64,000 nucleotides of DNA. Origin: a virus. Position 1 is the first letter of the stretch. Each line of letters starts with the position of its first letter. The position numbers and the translations under genes are program-made. Under the pieces are notes generated by a model. It saw nothing but the letters and a program-made list of their open reading frames with translations, ran no database searches and was not told the DNA's origin. Where the stretch lies: the IMG/VR virus record IMGVR_UViG_3300027659_000015, positions 1-64,000 of that record; one strand, 5' to 3'. Shown piece after piece: positions 56,801 to 64,000 of the stretch.

Positions 56801-57867
56801 TTAGAGGTCAAGCAAATGCGGCCTTCATACAAGCCAATGCAGCATTCGCAGTAGCCAATTCTGGTTCAGGATCAGCATCATCTGGTGTGTATGCTAACGG
56901 TGCTTTTGCTCAAGCCAATGCAGCATTCAATAAGGCAAATACACTTACAACTACCGGTTATGTTGATGCGTTTACCGCTGATGGTGCCAACAGTAGTTTC
57001 GTATTGTCAACGATACCGGCTAATAAGAATGTAACCTTTGTTGCTGTACAAGGTGTCTTACAACCTAAATCAACATACAGTTTAACTGGTTCTACATTAA
57101 CATTTGATTCGATTCCACCCAATACTGCTATTATTGAAGTTACAACTCTAGTAACAACTGGTGGTAGTAATGCTGGTGGTGCAGGAAATATAACATACAG
57201 AAGTTATACAGGTAATAATACAACATCAAGTTTTACCGTAACTTCTGGTATGACCGCCAACACAATATTCGTGGCAGAAAACGGTATTCTACAAAGACCA
57301 GGTACAGATTATACAGTATCAGGTACAACTCTAACATTCAATACAACTCCAGCTACTGATGTTGATATTCAAGTCCGTGAATTGTCATTAGGTGGTGATC
57401 CAAGTTTTGCTTTTGATGCAGCTAACTCAGCAGGATTATATGCTAACGCTGCCTTCTTAGCAGCCAATAATGCTTCCGATTCATGGGTCAGAAATCAGGC
57501 GAATGCTGCATTTGGTACGGCTAACTCAGCAGCATCGTATGCTAACTCAGCATTTGCAGCAGCTAATACATCTTCAATTACATGGTCTATTGTAAATACA
57601 AACAGTACAATGGCAGCGAGACAAGGTTATTTTGTTGATACAACAACTGCTCCTATAACAATGACACTACCAACAAGTGCAACACTAGGTGATACTATTC
57701 GTATCAATGATTTGGCGGGAACATTTAGTGCAAATAATTTAACAGTAGCAAGAAATGGTCATAAGATTCAAGGTATTGCTAACGATTTATTAGTGAACGT
57801 AAACCAAAGTAGTTTTGGTTTGGTATACAGTAACAGTACATACGGCTGGAAGGTAATAGAACTATAA
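53887..57867 (+). CDS. long coiled-coil fibre protein (1326 aa)
   Basis: QFRRG...FTGA.AEITV.TD....VVHDG.TPGGF N-terminus; 21-aa repeats; C-terminal LP.SATLGD.I...D....F..NNLTV.RNG.KI.G domain. Confidence 0.85.
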   Translation: MSTQLQFRRGNTTQTSAFTGAVAEITVNTDNYSIVVHDGNTPGGFQVSTAAQGAATLSIATGAFTKANAAFEAANNVAPQIAPAFNTANSAGIYANGAFTQANASYGQSNSAASYANSAFTAANTADSKAVTSGSYANSALTAANTAESKAITAGLYANSAFTAANTADSKAVTAGSYANSAFNTANSAFDVANSASIYANGSFNQANASYGQANSASSYANAAFSTANSKFNSSGGTISGDTLVAGNLTVTGTTFYANTVNLLVKDNIITLNSNVTGTPTQDSGIEVNRGNQTNTALIWSESKKYWQFTNDGTNYSNIAASSAESYANSAFIKSNSSYGQANSASLYANGAFEQANAAFASANNVAPQVAPAFSTANSAALYANSAFVQANASYEKANSAGIYANGSFIQSNSSFGTANSAASYANSAFLAANTADSKAVTAGSYANSSFLAANTADSKAVTAGSYANSSFLAANTADSKAISAGSYANSAFIAANIADNKAVTTGIYANSAFLAANTADSKAVNAGSYANSAFTSANTADSKAVTAGLYANSAFTAANTADSKAVTAGSYANSAFTAANTADSKAVTAGSYANSAYTQANTATTNAATADSKAVTSGSYANSAFTAANTADSKAVTAGSYANSAFTAANTADSKAVSAGTYANSAYARANNSINANTGGTITADLIITGNLTVQGNTTYVNTQTIATQDSLIRLANNNTIGDTVDIGIYGAYNPGGGVKYTGLVRQAGANYFLFQNLTTDPTANVLSPGSLTAANTGTLTANLTSYAVSINGIDVETNQTRIFTQANSAFATANSAGVYANSAFTAANISDSKAVTAGNYANSAFTAANTADSKAVSAGSYANSGYIQANTATTNAATADSKAVTAGSYANSAFGVANTAVSNAAGASLYANGAFSQANAAYAAANAAGSSATVVAAFIQANSAFGTANSAALYANAAFLAANNSSDSWVRGQANAAFIQANAAFAVANSGSGSASSGVYANGAFAQANAAFNKANTLTTTGYVDAFTADGANSSFVLSTIPANKNVTFVAVQGVLQPKSTYSLTGSTLTFDSIPPNTAIIEVTTLVTTGGSNAGGAGNITYRSYTGNNTTSSFTVTSGMTANTIFVAENGILQRPGTDYTVSGTTLTFNTTPATDVDIQVRELSLGGDPSFAFDAANSAGLYANAAFLAANNASDSWVRNQANAAFGTANSAASYANSAFAAANTSSITWSIVNTNSTMAARQGYFVDTTTAPITMTLPTSATLGDTIRINDLAGTFSANNLTVARNGHKIQGIANDLLVNVNQSSFGLVYSNSTYGWKVIEL
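55160..55880 (+). repeat. tandem 63-nt repeats encoding YANSAFxAANTADSKAVTAGS
   Basis: About 11 tandem units; further copies near 54230-54430 and 56340-56560. Confidence 0.9.
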
Positions 57868-60800
57868 TGGCAACGACAAATTTAACGAATTTAAAAGCAA
57901 ATGCTTTTACTGATGTTGTAAGTACAATTGTAAATACAACTAGTATTATATCTACAACTCCAAAAGTTACAAGTATAACTTATCCAGGAAATGATACTGC
58001 GGCTAATACAGGTGGTGGACAAACAATTACATTAACTGGAACAGGATTTAGTTCAGGTGCTTCGATTCTTATCAATGCTACATATGCTGGTGTTGTAACA
58101 GTAGTCAGTAATACAACTATAACATTCACTTCACCAGCACAAAATGCTGGTACTTACACACTATATGTTATTAATTCTGATGGTGGTACAGCCATTTCTA
58201 TTCCTGGTATTAGTTATAGTGGAACACCAACATGGACAACTGCGGCTGGTACTTTAGGAACAAGTTACGAAACTGCTGCAATCAGTAACAGTTTGACTGC
58301 AACTGGTGATCCAACAATCAGTTATAGTTTATATTCAGGTACATTACCACCAGGAAGTTCATTGAATTCTTCAACTGGTTTATTATCTGGAACATCACAA
58401 GCAACAGCTAGTTCCACAACTTATAACTTCACAATTCGTGCTACTGATGGACAGAATCAGGACACAGATAGAGCATTTAGTATTACCATAAGTCCAGATG
58501 TTGTAAGTTGGAGTTCTCCTGCGGATAATTCCAGCACTTCTGTGTATGAATATGCTACAATAACACCAGTCACACTAGCCGCTTCTAGTGCAGCAGGTAA
58601 ATCTATTACATATACAGCGAATACTTTACCAACAGGTTTGACGATAAGTGGTAATACAATTTCTGGAACACCGACTGTAGTTGCTAATACGTTTACACAA
58701 GTTACTGCTAATTCAGCAAACACTTTCAGAACAGCCACTAAAAATATTAGTTTCATTGTTAATCCGGATGTAGTCACTTGGAGTTCACCTGCTGACGGTA
58801 CAAGTACCTCTTTGTTTGCAGATACAGCAATGTCAAATGTTACATTGAGTGCAGCTTCTGCGGCAGGTAAATCAATCACATATAGTGCGAATACTTTACC
58901 AACCGGAGTTACTATTACTGGTGCGGTAGTTAATGGAACACCAACTGTTCCTGGAACAACTAATAGTTTGATTACAGCAACAGCTGCAACGACAAATAGA
59001 ACTGCTACAAGAAACTTTACATGGGTAGTTAGTGTTGCTAACGATACTTACTTTAAATATACCACCTTGTTATTGAACGGTGAAACAACTTCTAATTCAT
59101 TCATTGCTGATGCAAGTACAAATAGTTTTGGATCAAATATTAATGGTGATACAAAACCTGTGTTGTTTAATCCATATCAAGGCGATGGGTATTATAGTAA
59201 TTACTTTGATGGTACCGGGGATTATCTATCGCTATCGTCTGCTATAGTGCCGGCTACTGGTAATTTCACTATTGAATTTTGGATTTATAGCTTGACCAAT
59301 GCAGGCTCAGCCCAACGTGCAGTTTATGCTCAGTATTCAGGTGGCACGAGCGGACGATTTATGTTTGGTCTAGACCAAAGTTCCTCTTCTAGAATTTGGC
59401 TACATTATAATGGTACCGACTACGTTGGAACGACCAATGGCATACTTCCTAATACTTGGACGCATCTTGCTTTAGTAAGAAACGGAGATGTATTCAATAT
59501 GTATGTGAATGGTGCACTGAACGCTACTAACACTTTTGCAGGCGCATCATTACAACAAATTGCTGGCAACATTGGTGGTATGGGTGGCAGTTTTAATGTT
59601 AATGCACAAGTTAGCAACTTACGAATTGTAGTCGGCACCGCAGTCTACACCGCTGCATTCACTCCAAGCACAACACCATTAACAGCGATAGCAAACACAA
59701 GTTTATTAACATGCCAAAGTAATAGATTTATTGATAACTCAACTAACAATTTTGCAATCACTAAAGTAGGTGATACAACAATATCACCCAACATACCATT
59801 CACTGCAAACGCTAGTTACAGCACTTATGGTAGCACATACTTTGATGGTACTGGGGATTATTTAAGTATAGCAAGCAATAGTGCATTTGCTTTTGGAACA
59901 GGTGATTTTACTGTTGAAGGATGGTATTATTCAACTGCCGGAAATGGAAGATTTACTTTATATGATTCTGGTTCAGGTGGCGGAAACGGACAATTTTCTA
60001 TATTCCAAGATAGTGCTTCTGGTTTTTATGTACGCATGGGAGGTGATATAACGTATGCATCTCCTCCAGGAAATAATCAATGGGTTCATTTTGCTGTAAC
60101 AAGATCCGGTACAACTGTAAGATTATTTTTTAATGGAATATTGGCTGTTAGCGGAACTCAATCTACTAATATAACAAACAATACACCGTACATTGGTTTA
60201 TTAAATGGATATGGTTATCCAATGAATGGTTATATTTCTGATTTGAGAGTAGTTAAAGGTACCGCAGTATACACAACAACCTTTACACCACCTACATCAC
60301 CACTAACAGCAATAGCAAACACAAGTTTACTAACACTACAATACAACGGTGGCGCAACTAATCAAGGTATTATAGACAACAGTAATTTCAACAATATTAT
60401 CACACGTAATGGTAACACAAGTCAAGGCACATTTAGTCCTTATAGTGTGACAGGTTGGAGTAATTACTTTGATGGTACAGGCGACTATATTAATGCAGGT
60501 TCGGGTGCATCGGTAAATATGACTGGTGATTTCACAGTTGAAATGTGGATATATGGTACTAATACAAGTTGGACTGGCGGAGATGTAATTGGCGCCACTT
60601 GTTTGGTGGACACAAGAGACCAATCAAACGCTACAGAAAATAATCGACTTGCACTTTCCATGAACAGTACTGGATCATATCCTAGTTTCTATAATGCGGG
60701 AACAAATGTATCAACCGCTTCAACTATTCCAGCTAATGTTGGTGTGTGGAATCATATTGCTTATTCACGCAGTGGTTCTACTATAAAGATTTTTGTAAAT

Positions 60801-62981
60801 GGTGTTCAAGGCGCTAGTTTTACGGATAGTACAGCATTCACGGCTGTAAGATGGGTTATTGGTATGTATGCATCTCAATCAGGTGGTACTAATAATAGAG
60901 GTGGATTTATAGGTTATATTTCCAACCATCGTATAATTAATGGTACTGCACTTTATACAACAGCATTTACCCCACCCACATCACCGTTAACTGCAATATC
61001 TGGTACAAGTTTATTAACTTGCCAATCAAATAGATTTATTGATAAATCAACTAATAATCTTACACTTACTAAAGCAGGTGATGTTTCAGTTCAAGCCTTT
61101 GGTCCATTCGGTGGTATAAGTGAAGCAGTGCCAATAAGTTATAGTAACTACTTTGATGGTACTGGGGATTATTTAACTGTACCGGACAATGTTGTCTTAC
61201 AATTAGGATCTGGTGATTTCACTGTCGAATTTTGGATTAATTATAATTCTATTACGGGATATCAGTCACCTTTCACTAAAGGTTACACCGCCGCAGGTGA
61301 TATCTTGCTTCAAACAGGTAACGGTAACGGAGCACTCATAGTTTATCTGAGTGGATCAGTAGTCATCACAGAATCTACCGGAGCAAGTATCGGGACGTGG
61401 TATCACTATGCATTGGTACGAAGCGGAACAACAGTAACATTATATCGTGATGGAGTGTCACGTGGGACTGCAACCAGTTCAGTCAACTTTAACACTACAA
61501 ATCAATTAGGCATAGGTGCAACAGGCAAAGCACCAGGTGGCGGAGCAATTGGTGATTTCACAATCAACGGATACATGAGTAATTTTCGTGTAGTCAAAGG
61601 TACCGCAGTATACACAACGGCATTCACACCAAGTACAACTCCATTAACAGCGATAGCAAATACAAGTTTATTAACCTGTCAATCAACTAGAATGATTGAT
61701 AATAGTACTAATGCATTTACAATAACTGCTGCCGGCAATGTTGTGCCAAGAATATTCAACCCATTCGGATACACCGCACAGAGTGCAACAAGTTATACCC
61801 CAAGTTTGCATGGTGGTAGTGCATACTTTGATGGTACTGGGGATTATTTAAATATACCATACTCACCATCATTTAATTTTGGGACAGGAAACTTTACTGT
61901 TGAAGGATGGATTTATTTAAACTCACTGGCTTCTAGTTATTATGTAATGGCCGGTACATACACTACAGGAACTACAGACGAATGGCTAATTCAAATTTCT
62001 AACGGAAACACGATTAGATTTTTGACTTCTGTGGGAACTTCTTTTTATTCCGCAACAATAACAACTAGCACTTGGTATCACATTGCCGCTGTTCGAAATG
62101 GGTCAACAATAACTTTATATGTAAATGGTACGAGCGTTGGTAGTTATACCAACTCCAATTCAATTGGTTCTGTATCTAAAGTTTTATACATTGGTGTTCA
62201 AAACATCAGCACTTGGCCAATGAATGGTTACATAGACGACCTAAGAATAACTAATGGTACGGCAATATACACCAGTAACTTTGTACCACCTACAACACCA
62301 TTGACAAACTACTCTACAGCTTATCCTGCAAGTCTATTGTTGAATTTCAATAACGGTGGTATAATAGACCAACATTCTACAAATGTATTAGAGACGGTGA
62401 GTAATGCACAGTTAAGCACTGCGGTTAAGAAGTATGGTAACGCTAGTATGTATTTTGATGGTACCGGGGATTACCTTTATGGGTCTCCAAACCAGACTTT
62501 TAATTTATCAGTAGGTGATTTTACAGTAGAACTTTGGGTATATTTTACCGGCTCTAATAACAGTAGAGGAATATGGGCAGTTGGTAATGCAAGTAGAAGT
62601 GGTGTATGTCTTAATATAAGCGCTACCGGTCGCATTCAAAGTGTGTATGGTGACGGTGTGAACTGTACTTACACAGACGGCACGACTGTTGTACAATTGA
62701 ATACATGGAATCATATTGCTCTTTCTAGAGCTGGGTCTACTAATAGGATGTATCTTAATGGTGTTTTGGAAAATACATTTACATCATCTAATTTTGGAGC
62801 CGGATCATATTCGGGTTATGTTGGAGATGGTTGGGGAATAAGTTCTGGTAATTTAGTCTTTATGTCTGCTGCGGCCTCAGGACCAATTTTAGGATATATA
62901 GATGACTTCAGAATCACTAAAGGATACGCCCGTTACACAAGTAACTTCACCGCCCCAACAAGTGCGTTGATAACCAAGTAA
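57867..62981 (+). CDS. large virion adhesin: IPT/TIG, Ig-like repeats and six LamG/concanavalin-A-like domains
   Basis: YFDGTGDY at 59202, 59838, 60465, 61149, 61824 and 62451, each followed by FT(V/I)E.W and W.H.A..R.G motifs. Confidence 0.88.
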   Translation: MATTNLTNLKANAFTDVVSTIVNTTSIISTTPKVTSITYPGNDTAANTGGGQTITLTGTGFSSGASILINATYAGVVTVVSNTTITFTSPAQNAGTYTLYVINSDGGTAISIPGISYSGTPTWTTAAGTLGTSYETAAISNSLTATGDPTISYSLYSGTLPPGSSLNSSTGLLSGTSQATASSTTYNFTIRATDGQNQDTDRAFSITISPDVVSWSSPADNSSTSVYEYATITPVTLAASSAAGKSITYTANTLPTGLTISGNTISGTPTVVANTFTQVTANSANTFRTATKNISFIVNPDVVTWSSPADGTSTSLFADTAMSNVTLSAASAAGKSITYSANTLPTGVTITGAVVNGTPTVPGTTNSLITATAATTNRTATRNFTWVVSVANDTYFKYTTLLLNGETTSNSFIADASTNSFGSNINGDTKPVLFNPYQGDGYYSNYFDGTGDYLSLSSAIVPATGNFTIEFWIYSLTNAGSAQRAVYAQYSGGTSGRFMFGLDQSSSSRIWLHYNGTDYVGTTNGILPNTWTHLALVRNGDVFNMYVNGALNATNTFAGASLQQIAGNIGGMGGSFNVNAQVSNLRIVVGTAVYTAAFTPSTTPLTAIANTSLLTCQSNRFIDNSTNNFAITKVGDTTISPNIPFTANASYSTYGSTYFDGTGDYLSIASNSAFAFGTGDFTVEGWYYSTAGNGRFTLYDSGSGGGNGQFSIFQDSASGFYVRMGGDITYASPPGNNQWVHFAVTRSGTTVRLFFNGILAVSGTQSTNITNNTPYIGLLNGYGYPMNGYISDLRVVKGTAVYTTTFTPPTSPLTAIANTSLLTLQYNGGATNQGIIDNSNFNNIITRNGNTSQGTFSPYSVTGWSNYFDGTGDYINAGSGASVNMTGDFTVEMWIYGTNTSWTGGDVIGATCLVDTRDQSNATENNRLALSMNSTGSYPSFYNAGTNVSTASTIPANVGVWNHIAYSRSGSTIKIFVNGVQGASFTDSTAFTAVRWVIGMYASQSGGTNNRGGFIGYISNHRIINGTALYTTAFTPPTSPLTAISGTSLLTCQSNRFIDKSTNNLTLTKAGDVSVQAFGPFGGISEAVPISYSNYFDGTGDYLTVPDNVVLQLGSGDFTVEFWINYNSITGYQSPFTKGYTAAGDILLQTGNGNGALIVYLSGSVVITESTGASIGTWYHYALVRSGTTVTLYRDGVSRGTATSSVNFNTTNQLGIGATGKAPGGGAIGDFTINGYMSNFRVVKGTAVYTTAFTPSTTPLTAIANTSLLTCQSTRMIDNSTNAFTITAAGNVVPRIFNPFGYTAQSATSYTPSLHGGSAYFDGTGDYLNIPYSPSFNFGTGNFTVEGWIYLNSLASSYYVMAGTYTTGTTDEWLIQISNGNTIRFLTSVGTSFYSATITTSTWYHIAAVRNGSTITLYVNGTSVGSYTNSNSIGSVSKVLYIGVQNISTWPMNGYIDDLRITNGTAIYTSNFVPPTTPLTNYSTAYPASLLLNFNNGGIIDQHSTNVLETVSNAQLSTAVKKYGNASMYFDGTGDYLYGSPNQTFNLSVGDFTVELWVYFTGSNNSRGIWAVGNASRSGVCLNISATGRIQSVYGDGVNCTYTDGTTVVQLNTWNHIALSRAGSTNRMYLNGVLENTFTSSNFGAGSYSGYVGDGWGISSGNLVFMSAAASGPILGYIDDFRITKGYARYTSNFTAPTSALITK

Positions 62982-63029
62982 TACATCTATCATAAATATC
63001 CAGTATCAAACTAAAAAGAAAAATGTGAT

Positions 63030-64000
63030 ATGACTTTAAAAATTTCATCGACTAATATACAAGGTTCAACATTAGATGTACTGACGGCACCTGCAGCTAT
63101 TGCTAATGCTGCCTTTGCAGCTGCTAATGTGGCATCCGCAGCAGCTAATACGGCTGCAGCTGCAGCAAATGTGGCAACCGCAACGGCAACATCAGCATTA
63201 ACAGCAGCAAATACAGCAGTTGCTGCTGCTGCAAATAGTGCACCTAGAGTTTCCTTGATATCATATCCAGGAGATGATACTGCTGCTAATACAGGTGGTG
63301 GACAAACAATCACATTAACAGGAACAGGTTTCGCTTCTGGTGCCACAGTTCTTATCAACGGCACATATGCTGGGGTTGTATCGGTAGCAAACAGTACAAG
63401 TATGTCCTTTGCGGCTCCTACTCAAAGTGCTGGTACATATACGTTGTATGTTATTAATACTGATGGAGGTACTGCTATCTCCATTCCAGGTATCAGTTAT
63501 AGTGGTACACCAAATTGGACAACTGCGGCTGGTAGTTTAGGAACAAGTTACGAAACTGCTGCCATTAGTAGTACACTAACAGCAACTGGTGATGCACCAA
63601 TTACATATAGTTTATACTCAGGTACATTACCACCTGGAAGTTCATTGAATACATCTAGTGGTTTGTTATCAGGAACATCACAAGGTGTTGCAAGTTCAAC
63701 CACTTATAATTTTACCATTCGTGCTACTGATGCACAAAATCAGGACACAGATAGAGCATTCAGTATAACACTCAGTCCAGATGTGGTTACATGGAGTTCT
63801 CCTTCAGACAACTCAACCACGACTGCATATGAATATGCACCTATATCAAATGTAACAATGTCTGCCACATCGGCTGCTGGCAAATCAATTACATATACAG
63901 CGAATACTTTACCGACTGGTGTAACCATAACAGGTAATACAATTTCTGGAACACCTACAGTTGTTGCAAACACAAATACAAGATTAACAGCTAATGCAGC
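63030..64000 (+). CDS. paralogue of the 57867 adhesin, truncated by the window end (not in the ORF track)
   Basis: MTLKISSTNIQGSTLD...YPGDDTAANTGGGQTITLTGTGF...; open to the window end; late promoter at 62993-98. Confidence 0.85.
   Translation, partial: MTLKISSTNIQGSTLDVLTAPAAIANAAFAAANVASAAANTAAAAANVATATATSALTAANTAVAAAANSAPRVSLISYPGDDTAANTGGGQTITLTGTGFASGATVLINGTYAGVVSVANSTSMSFAAPTQSAGTYTLYVINTDGGTAISIPGISYSGTPNWTTAAGSLGTSYETAAISSTLTATGDAPITYSLYSGTLPPGSSLNTSSGLLSGTSQGVASSTTYNFTIRATDAQNQDTDRAFSITLSPDVVTWSSPSDNSTTTAYEYAPISNVTMSATSAAGKSITYTANTLPTGVTITGNTISGTPTVVANTNTRLTANA

Noticed and set aside
1083-63973. Many antisense and alternate-frame ORFs in the track (e.g. 3056-3343, 18843-19322, 58457-58879, 63011-63364)
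   Set aside because: They lie within well-supported genes, lack SDs and motifs, and are explained by the codon bias of the real strand.
42525-64000. Diversity-generating retroelement or invertible shufflon acting on the fibre genes
   Set aside because: No reverse transcriptase or recombinase in the window. The repeat copies are direct and coding, and they do not differ specifically at adenines.

Overview
AT-rich 64 kb segment of a T4-like (Tevenvirinae-related, environmental-type) myovirus that infects a Gram-negative host. Bases 1-11.7 kb are an early/accessory region of small ORFs behind sigma70-type promoters (TTGCCA-N17-TATAAT). It includes a DexA-like exonuclease, a MoxR/CobS AAA+ ATPase, a metallophosphoesterase, a GalE-like epimerase, a DenV-like protein, a PD-(D/E)xK exonuclease, many small membrane proteins and a probable head-packaged internal protein. 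Bases 11.7-16.1 kb hold two adhesin-like late genes, a circularly permuted (two-piece) tmRNA gene (tag ANDSQFALAA), a beta-barrel outer-membrane protein and a SleB-type hydrolase. Bases 16.1-17.9 kb carry gp33-gp59-gp32. A minus-strand block at 18-23.5 kb carries hub/tape-measure-like genes, gp26 with a likely -1 frameshift into a gp51-like ORF, gp54, gp2 and gp4. Bases 23.5-42.3 kb are the baseplate genes (gp48, gp53, hub, split gp5, gp25, gp6, gp7, gp8 and a 2084-aa structural protein). Bases 42.5-64 kb are a large array of fibre/adhesin genes with heptad repeats, paired N- and C-terminal motifs and six LamG cassettes. The strongest unusual signals are the permuted tmRNA, the gp26/gp51 frameshift cassette and a possible 'daisy-chain' motif code among the fibre proteins. 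All family assignments come from motif recognition and gene order; no database searches were run.
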